Source: Mobula hypostoma
Lineage: Eukaryota
Direction: 5' to 3'
Assembly: GCF_963921235.1 (NCBI RefSeq)
Contig: NC_086107.1
Coordinates: 95,420,001-95,484,000 of the forward strand
DNA length: 64,000 bases
How positions within the stretch are numbered: the first letter of the stretch is position 1; each line of letters begins with the position of its first letter. Shown here in pieces: positions 40,275 through 53,159 of the stretch. The notes beneath the pieces were generated by a model. The model had not been told where the DNA came from. It searched no databases and saw only the letters and a program-made list of their open reading frames with translations. The position numbers and the translations under genes were made by a program.

Positions 40275-43200
40275 GTACTGGTCAGATGACCTTCCATCTA
40301 CTTTACCGAAAATAATTGAATAAATTGGGGGGGGGGAGGCAATTTATGAGAGTAGAAGGCAGAAGCTAAGGCAAGTTAGTTGAGAACACCTATTTTTGGG
40401 CTTGTCAACATCTGATATACTGCATCCATGTATTTCAAGAAAGACAAAGATAGCAAAGCAAGGGAACCTTGGATGACAAGTTAGGTTGTGAAGCTAGTCT
40501 CAAATAAAAATGAACCATGTGTAAGGTTTACGAAGCTAAAATTGAGTGGGGCTCCTTGAGGAATATAAAGAAACAAGTTAAGAACACCCAATGAATTAGT
40601 AGAGTCAGGAGTGGCTATGAAGCCCTTGGTAAGTAGGATTAAAGAGAATCCCAAGGCATTTTATATATAAAGAGAAAGAATATGATTATGGAGAGGTTAG
40701 GATTATGCTAGGAAAAAGGAGGGAGCATTTACTTTGAGATGGAGAATGTGGGCGAGGTCCTAATTGAATATTTTGCTTTCATGAAGGACATGGAAAACGT
40801 AGTGATCAATGTACAGCATGATAATAAGCTATGGCATGTTGAGGTAGAGGTAGTGTTGGGTCACTTGCAATGCGTTAAGGTAGATAAGTCTTCCGGGCCA
40901 AATGGAATATACCCCAGGTTAGTGAGAGGCAAGAGGTGAGATTGCTGAGGCCTTAACCAAAATCTTTGTGTCAAGCCATGGTGCAACCAGTCAGTATACT
41001 CTCCACCGTGCATCTATAGATGTTAGTCACACTTTTAGATGACATGCCAAATCTTCACAAACTTTTAAGAAAGTAGATGCGCTGCTGCGCTTTCTTTGTA
41101 ATGGCACTTGTATGCTGGACCCAAGACGGATACTCTGAAATGATAACACTAAGGAACTTAAAGTTGCTGACCCTCTCCACCTCTGATTTCTTGAGGAGGA
41201 CTGGCCCATGAACCTCTGGTTTCCTCCTCTTGTAGTCAATAATCAGCTCTTTGGTTTTGCTGAGAAGTTGTTGTGGCACCATTCAACCAGATTTTCAATC
41301 TCCCTTCTACAGTACATGTTGATTCATCACACCATTGATTTCGGCCTCCAACAGTGATGTTGTCAGCAAGCTTGACTATGGCATGAGAGCTGTGCATAGC
41401 TTCACAGTCATAAGTATAAAATGAATAGAGCAGGGGGCTAAGCACACAGCCTTGTGCACCTGTGCGGATGGTAATCGGAGATGTTGCCAATTTAAAGTGA
41501 CTGAGACCTGCAAGTGAGGAAATCCAGGATCCAATTGCACAAGGAGGTATTGAGGCCTAGGTCTTGGAGCTTATTGATTAGTTTTGAGGGGATGATAGTA
41601 TTGAATGCTGAGCACAGTAGTCAGTGAAGAGCTTCCTGATGTGTGCATCTTCACTGTCCAGGACCATGTGCAGGCAGAAGGAATTAGGTGTCATTATCTT
41701 AACTAGTTTAGCATTGTGTTGTATGCCAGACACTACTCCTGTGCAAGCCAATTATAATGTGCGTAAGGGACTTTTTCAGTGTTGTATGTCACTCATGTGG
41801 ATCAATAACAGATGCAATACCTTTTCATCCACATAAATCATGTTTGTCATTTCTCAATTGAAACCTTTAACATTGTTTGTTTTACTTTAACTATGTCAAT
41901 GACTTTTGCCTTGATTGAATGTCAGTACTAACTATAGGCATATTATGTGATTGGGTCTAATAATGAAGCATGATGTCTGCATAAATTCTGTTTACTTTTC
42001 AATGCTTCACCTGCTTTTCTACCAGGTACATTAGGGCTTTATTTTTGCAAATGACGCTACATTTTCTGATGAGGAAAACAGAACAGGACATAACACAGGA
42101 ACAGGCCCTACAGACCACGATAATTTACTGAACTAATTAAGCTGGCAATTGATCACCTATCCAAACTAATCCCTTTTTACCAACACAATATCAATTTTCC
42201 TCTCATCTGTATATTCATGTGCCTAAGAGCCTCTTAAACACCACCATATTTACCTCTGGTATAACCCCTGGCAGCTTCTTGCCCTTTTGTGCTCAAAGGA
42301 AATTGCCTTAAATCTCATTCAATCAAACAGCATGGAAACAGGTCATTTGGCCCAACTTATCTATGCTAACTTGCCTAGCAAGCTAGTCATGTCTAATTGT
42401 TTTGACGATAGCCCCCTAAGCCTCTCATATCCATTAACTTATTTAAATATTGCTATCAAGTGTTCCTCAACCACCATTGCTGGTAGCTCGTTCCAAATTC
42501 GCACCACTCTTTTAGTTGAAGAAGCTGCACCTGACGTCCCTCTTTAAATTGCCTCTGCCCTTAAGCGTATGCCATCTTTGCTTTTTGCACACACTCCCTA
42601 GGAACAGACTATTTTCACTATTTCCATGTCTCCTGATATTATACACTAATATCAAATCACCCCTCAAATTTCCAATGTTCAAGTAGAGAAAGACCTTGTC
42701 TGCAAAATCTCTCTTTGTAACTCAGGCCACCAAGTCTGGGCAATGTCCTGGAAAATGCTTTCCACACTCTTTCTAGTTTAGTACCATCTTTACTATAACA
42801 AAGTGACTAAAACTGTATACAGTTTATATAAACTGCATCATACAGTGCCTATTAAAAGTATTCTCCCCCCAGAAGTTTTTATGTTTTATTGTTTTACAGC
42901 ATTGAATCACATTGGATTTAATTTGGCTTTTTTGACGCTGATCAACAGAAAAAGACTCTTTTGTGTCAAAGTGAAAACAGATCTCCACAATTTAATCTTA
43001 ATTATAAATATAAAACTCAAAATAATTGATTGCATAAGTATTCACCCCCTTTAATATAACACACCAAATTATCACTGGTGCAGCCAATTCGTTTTAGAAG
43101 TTACATAATTAGTTAAATGGAGATCTGTTTTTGGAGACCTGTGTGCAGTTAAGGTGTTTCAATCGATTGTAGTAAAAATACACTGGTATCTGGAAGGTCC

Positions 43201-44020
43201 AGCTGCTGATGAGTCAGTATCCTGGCAAAAACTACACCATGAAGACAATGAACACTTCAGGCAAATCCACAAAAAGGTTATTGAAAAACACAAGTCAGGA
43301 GATGGATACAAGAAAATTTCCAAGTCACTGAATATCCATTGGAGTACAGTTAAGTTAATCATCAAGAAATGGAAGGAATATGGTACAGCTGCAAATCTAC
43401 CGAGAGCAGGCCATCTTCAAAAACTGAATGACTGTACAAGAAGGGGACCAGTGAGGGAGGCCACCAAGAGACTGTGACAGCTCTGGAGGAGTTATAAGCT
43501 TCAGTGGCTGAGATGGGAGAGACTGTGCATACAACAACTGTTACCCAGTTGCTTCACCAGTCACAGCTTTATAGGAGGGTGGCAAAGAGAAAGCCACTGT
43601 TGGGGGGGCAGTCTGGGCTAGACTTTACCAAAAGGCATATGGGAGACTGAAGTCAGCTGGAAGAAGGTTCTATGGTCTGATGAAGCCAAAATCGAACTTT
43701 TTGGCATCAGACTAAACGCTATGTTTGCTGAACACCGCACATCATCAAAATGACACCATCCCTATCGTGAAGCATGGTGGTGGCTGCATCATGCTGTGGG
43801 GATGCTTCACTGTAGTAGGCCCTGGAAGGCTTGTGAAAGTAGAGAGTATAATGAATACAGCAAAATACAGAGAAATCCTGGAGGAAATGTCTTCCCTCTT
43901 GCTGTGAAAATGGGGGCACCTCTTTTTCTCTTAATAGGGAGAGGGAGAGCCTGTGGTATGCCAAGTACTGGGTGAATGAGTAGTCTTTGGGGTACTGCAA
44001 GTCTGTGTCTTTATTGATGC

Positions 44021-44425
44021 TGTTGTTGCATGAATGAAGTCGCTGAAGAGAGTTACTGGTAGATACAAAGCAGCTTCTTTATTCGACAAAGCAAACAAGG
44101 TACAGCAAGCATCATATGGAGACGCTTTCAGTGGAAAGGTCTGCTGGCCCAACGTGGGGCTTGATGTTTATTTGCTAAACACAAAGGATGATTCTATATT
44201 TACAAAGTATAGACAATCTTTCCTTTGAAGCTACATACAAACTTCACACCACCTGATTCGCATCCATCCTATAGATGCCAGCATCGTCTGTGGACTGGGA
44301 TTCACACCTTTTGGGAAATGCATTGTTTCAAATTAAATCCACAATACATTATCAAGGAATAGAAGACTGATAGCCAAAGCAACTTGCTAAATGTAAATTA
44401 CCTAAACCCAAAAACCACTCTAACA
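44021..44425 (-). mobile_element. Solo LTR (405 bp)
   Basis: TGTTG...TAACA termini flanked by ATGC/ATAC. Absent from the sister copy at ~36050. AATAAA on the minus strand at ~44078-83. Confidence 0.75.
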
Positions 44426-44634
44426 ATACTTGCTGCACCTTGTGTGCTTGGTAGGGGGGCGGGGGGCAATGCTTTTGCTTGTGTGGGAGGGGAGATCATT
44501 GCTTTGCTGCTGCTTATGCATAGGAGGGGGGAACTGGGGGGGCTTTGGGGTTTTAATATTTAACTGTCATTCATTCTCTGGGGCATTCCTCTGTTTTCGT
44601 GGATGGTTGTGAAGAAAAAGAATTTCAGAATGTA

Positions 44635-44801
44635 AACACGAGGAATTCTGCAGATGCTGGAAATTCAAGCAATACACATCAAAGTTGCTGGTGAACACAG
44701 CAGGCCAGGCAGCATCTCTAGGAAGAGGTACAGTTGACGTTTCGGGCCGAGACCTCTTCCTAGAGATGCTGCCTGGCCTGCTGCGTTCACCAGCAACTTT
44801 G
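44635..44801. mobile_element. Penelope-derived fold-back mini-element
   Basis: 13-bp TSD ATTTCAGAATGTA (44622-34 / 44802-14); ~52-bp inverted repeat. Confidence 0.88.
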
Positions 44802-45836
44802 ATTTCAGAATGTATGTTGTATACATTTCTCTGACATTAAATGTACCTTTGAAAACCTGATGCAGTCTGCAAGAGAACTGCAACTTGGGAGAAGATTTGT
44901 TTTCTAGAAAGAGAATGACCTCAAGCATAAAGCTAAAACTACACAGGAATAGCTTAAGAACAACAAAGTTAATGTTCTGGAGTGGCCAAGTTAGAGTCCA
45001 GACCTCAATCCATTTGAGAGTTTGTGGCTGGACTTGAAAAGGGCTGTTCACTCATGATCCCCATGCAATTTGATAGAGCTCGAGCGGTTTTGTAAAGAAG
45101 AATGGAAAAAAATTTCAGTGTCCAGATGTGCAAAGGTGATAAAGACCTATCCACAGAGACTTGAGGCTGTAATTGCTGCCAAAGATACAACTACTAAATA
45201 CTGACGTGAAGAGGGTGAATACTTACGCAATCAATTATTTTGTGTTTTATATTTGTAATTTAGATCACTTTGTAAAGATGTTTTCATTTTGACACAAAGG
45301 AGTCTTTTTCCGTTGATCAGTGTCAAAAAAGCCAAATTAAATTCATTGTGATTCAACGTTGTAAAACAATAAAACTTACAAGGGGGTGAATACTTTTTAT
45401 AGGCACTGTAACTTCTCAATTCGTGCTGAATGCCCTAACTAAGGCCAATGTGCAATATACCACCTTCACCACTCTACTCACCTGCAAAACCATTTTCAGT
45501 GAATTGTGCCTTAAACTCCTAGGTTACAGTAACACACTCTGCACATTCTTAATATCCACTTACCATTCATCTCCGTTCTGATCTTCCAGAGTTTATCTGG
45601 ATTGAAAACCATTTGCCAGTCTTCATCCCATATAGCTAGGTGATCAAGATCCCCAAGTAATTTTTCATAGTCTCTCCCCCACCCTTCTATTATCCTGCTG
45701 GCCTTCCCACCTGCTAGTTATTACTTGGGTTGTCTGGCCACTCTTGATATAGGATGAAATTAATTTTAAATTAATGTAATAACATATTTAAGAAAAACTG
45801 GAGACTGGCAATTTAATCTTTTCATTATCTTTTCAG

Positions 45837-45953
45837 ACTTGCAATGTGAGGTTAAAGCAAAGGACTCCATGGAAAACTTGACTGAAATGAGTATCTGCTC
45901 AGAGGAGGATGTTTTAAATTGTACATTTGAATCCTGTGATACAGAAGGGAAAG
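45837..45953 (+). CDS. KASH5: KASH5/CCDC155-like exon (DLQCEVKAKDSMENLTEMSICSEEDVLNCTFESCDTEGK-G)
   Basis: Acceptor ttatcttttcag|, donor AAG|gtaatg, 117 nt, phase 1-1. EEDVLNCTFESCD resembles the KASH5 EF-hand start (EEQILNSTFEACD, recalled). The LRMP/IRAG2 long isoform is the alternative. Confidence 0.8.
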
Positions 45954-48428
45954 GTAATGTGTTGCTGCCTTGTGCTGGTAAATAGGTTGCAAACTGTAAT
46001 GTGTTTAAATAACGGCAAAACATCAGTATAGCTCTTGCCATTTGTACAAGAGACAGTTATGGCCATATAGTGTCATTACAATAATATAAACAATTAAAAT
46101 AGAATTATAAGATAAAAAATCGAAAGAACATAGATAGGAAAAGGGAGGAAGTCCTGAAGAGAGAGTATGGGCAGTTGGGTAGAAAGCTGAAAAGCAGGAA
46201 TTCCATGGTGGTAATCTATCTGGTAAAAATAGCATATGGCAGATGAATGTGTGGTTGAAGAGTTGGTGCAGGGGTTCAGGTTTCAGATCTCTGGATCGTT
46301 GGGATCCCTTCTGGGGAAAGTATAACCTGTACGAAATGGACAGGTTACACCTGAACCCCAGAGGGGCCCAATATCCTTGTGGGCAGGTTTGCTAGAGCTG
46401 TTGGGGAGGGTTTAAACAAATTTGTCAGAGGGATAGGAACCAGAGTTGGGGCAATTACTATACAATTAGATGCAATGTGTATCGAGACTATAGAAGGACA
46501 GGCGGATGATCTAGCAAAATTGCAGTCAGTGAGATGAGTTGAAGCGTAACGGAGTCAAAACTGAGAGGGGTGATAAATACAGGACTGAACATTATATTTG
46601 CACGCAGTGTCTGGAATAAGGTAGGTGATATCTTGTAGTGCAGTTAGAAATTTGCAGGTATGATGTTGTAGCCATTGCTAAGTTGTAGCTGAAAAAAGAT
46701 CGTAGTTGAGAGCTTAACATTCGAGGGCACACATTGTATCAAAAGGGCAGGCAGGTAGGGGATGGAGTGGCTCTGTTGGTTTGGAAAAAATGAAATCAAA
46801 TCTTTAGAAAGAAGTGATATAGGATAGGGAGATGTAGAATCCTTGTGGGTAGTAGTTGAGAAACAGCAAGGGTGAAAATACTCTGGGAGTTAAAATACAG
46901 GGTTCTGAACAATAGCGAGGATGTCGGGTACAATTTACTATGGGAGATGGAAAAGGCACTTAAAAGAGGCAATATTACAGTAGTCACAGGGGATTTCAGT
47001 ATGCAAATCGATTGGGAAAATCAGTTTGGTGCCGGTTCCTATGAGAGGGAATTTGTAAAATGCCTATGAGATGGCTTTTTAGAGCAGCTTGTGATTGAGC
47101 CCATAAAGGATTCTGAATTAAGTGTTGTGTAATGACCTAGATTTGATTAATGTAAAGTAACCCTTAGGCAGTCATCATAATATGACTTCCCCTCACCATA
47201 GAATTCGCCCTACAGTTTGAAAGGAAGAAGCTAAAGTCAAAAGTATCAGTATTACAGAGGAGGCATGAGAGAGGATCTGGCCAAAGTTGATTGAAAGGGG
47301 ACACTAACAGAGCAGCAGTGGCTGGAGTTTTCTGGGAAAAATTTAGAAGGTACAGGAAAGATGGATCCCAAAAACGAAGTATTCTAAAGGGAGGTGGCTG
47401 ACAAGGAAAGTCAAGGACAGCATAAAGGCAAAAGAGAGGGCATATAATATAGCAAAAATTAGTAGGAAGGTAAAGGATTGGGAGACTTCTTTAAAACTAA
47501 TAGAAGGCAACTAAAAAAAAGTCCTAAAGAGAGAGAGGCTGAAATATGTAAGTAAGCTGGCCAATAATGTAAAAGAGAATGCAACAAGTTCTTTCACATA
47601 TGTAAAGAGTAAAAGAGAGGTAAGAGTGGAAATCTGACTGTTGGAAAATGATGCTGGAGATGTGTAATGGGGCAAAGAAATTGCAGATGAATTGAAGTAT
47701 TTTCCATCAGTCTTCACTGGAAGACACAAGCAGAAGTCCAGAAATATGAGAAAGTCAAGGGGCAGAAGTGAGTGTCAATGCTTTTACTAAGGAGAAAGAG
47801 CTTTGGAAGCTGAACAGTCTGAAGGTAGTTAAGTTACCAGATGGACTACACCCTAGGGCCCTGAAAGAGGTAGCTGAAGAGATTGTGGAGTCAATAGTAA
47901 AGATCTTTCTAGAATCATTAGATTCTGGAATGGTTCTGGAGGACTGGGAAAATTGTAAATGTCACTCCAATCCTTAAGAAAGGACAGAGGCAGAAGAAAG
48001 GAAATCATAGGCCAGATAGCTTGACCTCAGTGGTTGGAAAGAGTTGGAGTCTATTATTAAGGATGAGGTTTCGGAGTACTTGGAAGTACAGAACAAAATG
48101 GGCCAAAGTCAGCATGGTTTCTTTAAGGGGAAATCTTGCTTGACAAATCGGTTGGTATTCTGTGAAGAAATAACAGGCAGGATAGACAAAGCAGAATTGG
48201 TGGATGATGTTTATTTAGTTTTCAGAAGGCCTTTGACAGGGTGCCACACATGAGGCTGCTTAGCAAGATAAGAGCCCATGGTATTACAGGAAAGATACTA
48301 ACATGGATAGAAGATGAGCTGACTGGCAGGAAGCAAAGAGTGGGAATAAAGGGAGTTTTTTCTAGTTGGCTGCCAGTGATTAGTGGTGTTCCTCGGAGTT
48401 GCTATTGGAACTGCTTTTTACGTTATAT

Positions 48429-48712
48429 TGTAGCGGTGCGCTACACACAGCACTAGAATGACCACACGGAGTCGGTGAGTTCGAGTTGCGATAAAGAGAT
48501 TTATTCAAACTTCGTGGCCTGCTTTAAAGCCTTCCCGTTCCCGCCCTCCCTGGGCGGGACTGCTGTGGGGAATGCATATTCCCAGACCCTTTCTGCACGC
48601 GGGATTTTCCCCCTGCTGGTGAAAATGGCCTGGCGCCCTTTTTGGGGCCGGCCCTCTGCCTGTGCGCGCTGTTGTGAGCCGGTTCGTGGGTGCCAGAAAG
48701 TAGGTCGCCACA
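48429..48712 (-). repeat. 3' LTR (284 bp)
   Basis: TG..CA termini; preceded on the minus strand by a poly-G PPT (~48716-48730). Confidence 0.95.
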
Positions 48713-48734
48713 TAACCCCCCCCCCCCCCCAGAA

Positions 48735-51700
48735 CCAGTGATACCTCCCCCAATGTCCACAGTCTGGATCAGCCTCTGTTTGGGAGGTCTGCCCCTGTGC
48801 CGCGGTGCCTGAGCCTCGACTGGTTGCGCCAAGTCCACATGGGCCGGTTTGAGTCGGTCCACCGTGAAAACCTCCTCTCTCCCCCCAATGTCCAGCACGA
48901 ACGTGGACCCGTTGTTCCTGATCACCTTAAACGGCCCCTCGTAGGGCCGCTGTAGCGGTGCCCGGTGTCCGCCCCGTCGTACAAAAAGAAACTTACAGTT
49001 CTGCAGGTCTTTGGGTACGCAGGTCGGGCTCTGTCCGTGCTGTGAAGTCGGTATGGGGGCCAGATTACCGAGTCTCTCCCGTAGTCTGTCCAGGACTGCT
49101 GTGGGTTCTTCCTCTTGCCCCCTTGGGGCTGGTATGAACTCTCCTGGGACGACCAGGGGTGCGCCGTACACCAACTCGGCTGACGAGGTGTGCAGATCCT
49201 CTTTGGGCGCCGTGCGGATTCCGAGCAGGACCCAGGGAAGTTCGTCCACCCAGTTAGGCCCCTCCAGGCAGGCCATGAGAGCCGACTTCAGGTGACGGTG
49301 GAAACGCTCCACTAGTCCGTTCGACTGTGGGTGGTAGGCAGTTGTGTGGTGTAGCTGTGTTCCTAAAAGGTTGGCCATAGCCGACCACAGGCTGGAGGTG
49401 AACAGGGCGCCCCTGTCGGAGGTAATGTGGGCCGGTACCCCGAAGCAGGCTACCCAGGTTGCGATCAGTGCTCGGGCGCAGGATTCGAAGGTGGTGTCGG
49501 TGAGCGGGACTGCCTCTGGCCATCTGGTGAACTGGTCTATCATAGTTAGGAGGTACCACGCTCCTCGCGACACTGGCAGGGGCCCCACGATATCCACATG
49601 AACCTCCGGCGGGTGGGTTCGAACCGCTGTGGCGGAGCCTTGGTGTGCCGCTGCACCTTGGCCGTTTGGCACTGCATGCACGTTTTGGCCCATTCACTGA
49701 CCTGTTTACGAAGCCCATGCCACACGAACCTGTTGGCGACCAGCCGGACGGTTGTCCTGATGGAGGGGTGTGCTAAGTTGTGAATGGATTCGAAAACCCG
49801 CCGGCGCCAGGCTGCTGGGACGATGGGGCAGGGTTGGCCGGTAGCTACGTCACATAGTAGAGTCCTCTCACCTGGGCCTACGGGGAGGTCTTGGAGCTGC
49901 AAACCGGAGACTGCAGTCCTGTAACTGGGGATCTCAGCGTCTGCCTGCTGTGCCTCTGCCAGCGCTGCATAGTCCACCCCCTGGGACGGGACCTGTATGG
50001 TCGGTCTGGAAAGTGCGTCCATCACGACGTTGTCCTTTCCCGAGACATGCTGGATGTCCGTCGTGTACTCGGAGATGTAGGACAGATGTCGCTGCTGGCG
50101 GGACGACCAAGGGTCGGACACCTTTATGAACGCAAAGGTAAGCGGTTTGTGGTCTGTGAATGCGGTGAAGGGCCTACCTTCTAAGAAGTACCTGAAATGC
50201 CGGATTGCCAGGTATAGTGCCAATAGCTCCCGGTTAAAAGCACTGTATTTGAGTTCAGGTGGTCGTAGGTGTTTGCTGAAGAACACCAGAGGTTGCCAGC
50301 GACCCTCGATGAGTTGCTCCAGCACTCCACCGACTGCTGTGTTGGATGCGTCCACCGTGAGGGCAGTAGGAACGTCCGTTCTGGGGTGCACTAGCATCAC
50401 GGCGTTTGCCAAGGCTTCTTTGGTTTTAATGAAAGCGGTTGCGGCCTCTTCGTCCCAGGTAATGTCCTTGCCCTTACCCGACATTGGAGTGAAGAGGGGC
50501 CGAATGGTTTGGGCTGCTGAGGGGAGGAAACAGTGATAGAAATTCACCATACCCAGGAATTCCTGCAGGCCTTTGATTGTGTTGCGTCGGGGGAAGTTGC
50601 GGACCGCGTCTACCTTGGCGGGCAGTGGGGTTGCCCCGTCTTTAGTAATCCTGTGGCCCAGGAGGTCGATGGTATTGAGCCCGAACTGGCACTTGACTGG
50701 GTTGATTGTAAGGCCGAATTCGCTCAGGCGGGAGTAGAGCTGGTGGAGGTAGGACAGATGCTCCTGCCGCCTACTGCAGGCTATGAGGATGTCGTCCAAA
50801 TAGATGAATGCAAGTCCAGGTTGCGTCCCACCGCGTCCATTAGCCGCTGGAAAGTCTGTGCGGCATTCTTTAGACCAAACGGCATTCGGAGGAATTCGAA
50901 AAGTCCGAACGGGGTGATAAGTGCTGTTTTGGGGATGTCGTCCGGATGTACCGGGATTTGATGGTATCCCCAGATGAGGTCTACCTTGGAAAAGATCCTT
51001 GCGCCGTGTAGGTTTGCTGCGAAGTCTTGAATGTGCGGCACAGGGTAGCGGTCTGGCGTTGTAGCCTCGTTCAGCCTGCGGTAGTCACCGCATGGTCTCC
51101 AGCCCCCCGTTGCCTTGGGCACCATGTGCAGAGGGGAGGCCCATGGGCTGTCGGACCGTTGTATGATCCCCAATTCCTCCATCTTCTTGAACTCCTCCTT
51201 CGCCAGTCGGAGCTTGTCCGGGGGAAGCCTTCGAGCATGGGCTTGGAGGGGTGGTCCCTGGGTCGGGATGTGGTGCTGTACTCTGTGTCTGGGCATGGCT
51301 GCCGTGAACTGCGGTGTCAGTACTGATGGGAAATCCGCCAGGACCCTGCCCTGGTGAATTAATCGTTGGACAGCGTGATGGAGTCCAGGTGTAGGGCTGG
51401 CAACTTAGCTTCACCCAGGGAGAATGTTTGAAAAGTCTTGGCGTGGACTAGTCGCTTCCCTTGCAGGTCGACCAGCAGGCTGTGGGCTCGCAGAAAATCC
51501 GCCCCCAGGAGTGGTTGGGCCACGGCGGCCAGTGTGAAGTCCCACGTGAACCGGCTGGAGCTGAATTGTAGCCGCACCGTGCGGGTGCCGTAGGTTCGTA
51601 TTGTGCTGCCATCTGCGGCCCTCAGCGTGGGTCCCGGTTCTCTGTTGCGGGTGTCGTAACTCGTTGGAGGTAAAACGCTGATCTCCGCTCCGGTGTCGAC

Positions 51701-51780
51701 CAAAAATCGGCGTCCCGACTGCTTGTCCCAGACATACAGGAGGCTGTCCTGATGGCCAGCCGCCGTAGCCATCAGCGGCG
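48735..51780 (-). pseudogene. pol: Gypsy pol (protease, RT, RNase H, integrase), several frameshifts
   Basis: [66 protein letters not shown] zinc finger; VHVDIVGP..SDRG..NGLVERFHR; PYEGPF. Breaks near 51355, 50815 and 49600. Confidence 0.92.
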
Positions 51781-51818
51781 GCTGGGCTTTGGCGTTTCCT
51801 GGGAATTTGCAGGCTGGT

Positions 51819-52445
51819 CTACAGCGGTGGGCCTCTGCCCCACCGCTGGTGGTAGAAGCACCATTGTTCGTTGGGCTCTGCTGCCAGGCCTGGTCTGGTC
51901 TGTCGTTGGGTACGCAGCTTGGTGATCTGTGCGACGGATGCCCCTCTCTCCTTCTTGGCATTCCACAACACATCTGCTCGGGCCGCCCCCTCCTGAGGGT
52001 CGCTGAAATCTGTGTCGGACAGCAGCAGGCGTATGTCCTCGGGCAGTTGCTCTAGGAACGCCTGCTCAAACATGAGGCAGGGTTTGTGTCCTTCAGCCAG
52101 GGCCTGCATTTCGTTCATTAACGCTGACGGCGGCCTGTCTCCCAAACCATCCAGGTGCATTAAGCGGCGTGCTCGTTCACACTGTGAGAGTCCAAAAGTC
52201 CTTATGAGCAGGGCTTTGAATGCTGTGTATTTGCCGTTCTCCGGGGGCGACTGTCTGAACTCCTCAACTTGTGCAGCAGTCTCTTGGTCGAGAGAGCTCA
52301 GCACGTAGTAGTAGCGAGTGGACTCCGAAGTTATCTGCCGAATGTGGAATTGTGCTTCTGCCTGTTCCAGCCACAGACGGGGTCTCAGCGGCCAAAAGCT
52401 TGGCAGTTGTAACGAAACTGCGTGAACGGATGCGGCGTCGGTCAT
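51819..52445 (-). pseudogene. gag: Gypsy gag (frameshifted near the C-terminus)
   Basis: MTDAAS..LQLPSFWP..W..QAEAQF..LGDRPPSALM..FLEQLP..CFYHQRWG. Confidence 0.85.
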
Positions 52446-52470
52446 CTCTGGCCCAAATATTGTTTGGGCT

Positions 52471-52483
52471 GTCGGGGTCACCA
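52471..52483 (-). promoter_or_regulatory. Primer-binding site, tRNA-Trp
   Basis: Minus strand TGGTGACCCCGAC, 2 nt from the 5' LTR, complementary to the vertebrate tRNA-Trp 3' end ...GUCGGGGUCACCA. Confidence 0.85.
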
Positions 52484-52485
52484 AA

Positions 52486-52768
52486 TGTAGTGGTGCTCTA
52501 CACACAGCGCTAGAATAACCACACTGAGTCGGTGAGTTCGAGTTGCGATAAAGAGATTTATTCAAACTTCGTGGCCTGCTTTAAAGCCTTCCCGTTCCTG
52601 CCCTCCCTGGGCGGGACTGCTGTGGGGAATGCATATTCCCAGACCCTTTCCACGCGCGGGATTTTCCTCCGCTGGTGAAACTGGCCTGGTGCCCTTTTTG
52701 GGGCCGGCCCTCTGCCTGCGCGCGCTATTGTGAGCCGGTTCGTGGGTGCCAGAAAGTGGGTCGCCACA
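52486..52768 (-). repeat. 5' LTR (283 bp)
   Basis: Direct repeat of 48429-48712 with about 16 differences by eye; adjacent to the PBS. Confidence 0.95.
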
Positions 52769-53159
52769 ATATGTCAATGATTTGGGTAAAGGAATTGATG
52801 GCTTTGTGACTCTGTTCATGTACTTTGGTAGGAGGAATAAAGGCATGGACTATATCCTAAATGGGGAAAAGGAAAAAATTCATAAATCATGGACAATGGG
52901 ACTTGGGAGGCCTCGTGCAGGATTCCGTAAAAGGTTAACTTGCAGGTTGATTTGGTGGTAAGGAAAGCAAATGTAATATTAGCATTCATTTTGAGAAGGC
53001 TATGATATAAAAGCAAGAGTAATACTGAGGCTTTATAAGGTATTGGTCAGACCAAACCTGGAGTATTGTAAGTAGTTTTGGGCACCTTGTCTAAAAAGAA
53101 AAATTGTGCTGGCATTGGAGACGATCCAGAGGAGGTTCACAAGAGTGATCCCAGGACAT

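Larger units (their letters stand above)
43888..44850 (+). mobile_element. Non-LTR 3'-end fragment inserted in the Tc1 transposase
   Basis: Splits gaggaaa|acctgatgcag with gaaa duplicated. Homologous to 35722-36258 (both end ...ctgacatta(a/t)atgtacct). Confidence 0.75.
42843..45408 (+). mobile_element. Tc1/mariner IR/DR DNA transposon, decayed, with nested insertions
   Basis: TA-CAGTGCCTAT...ATAGGCACTG-TA. ~200-bp TIRs (42843-~43049; ~45213-45408) with inner and outer AAGTATTC(A/T)CCCC repeats. Transposase motifs GYKKISK, WSDEAKIELF, VKHGGGCIMLWGCF, SPDLNP. Confidence 0.93.
48429..52768 (-). mobile_element. Full-length Ty3/Gypsy LTR retrotransposon (frameshifted gag-PR-RT-RH-IN)
   Basis: TG...CA LTRs at 48429-48712 and 52486-52768; TSD ATAT (48425-28 / 52769-72); PBS; poly-G PPT; domain order PR-RT-RH-IN. 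Confidence 0.97.
46130..53155 (+). mobile_element. CR1 LINE (ORF1 esterase end plus ORF2) split by the Gypsy insertion
   Basis: RLHLNPRGANILVGRF (SGNH esterase); QHGFFKGKSCLTN. Rejoining across the TSD restores tttacgttatatgtcaatgatttg (FTLYVNDL). Confidence 0.85.

Noticed and set aside
49011..52513. Plus-strand ORFs overlapping the Gypsy interior
   Set aside because: Antisense shadows of GC-rich pol/gag with no independent coding signal.
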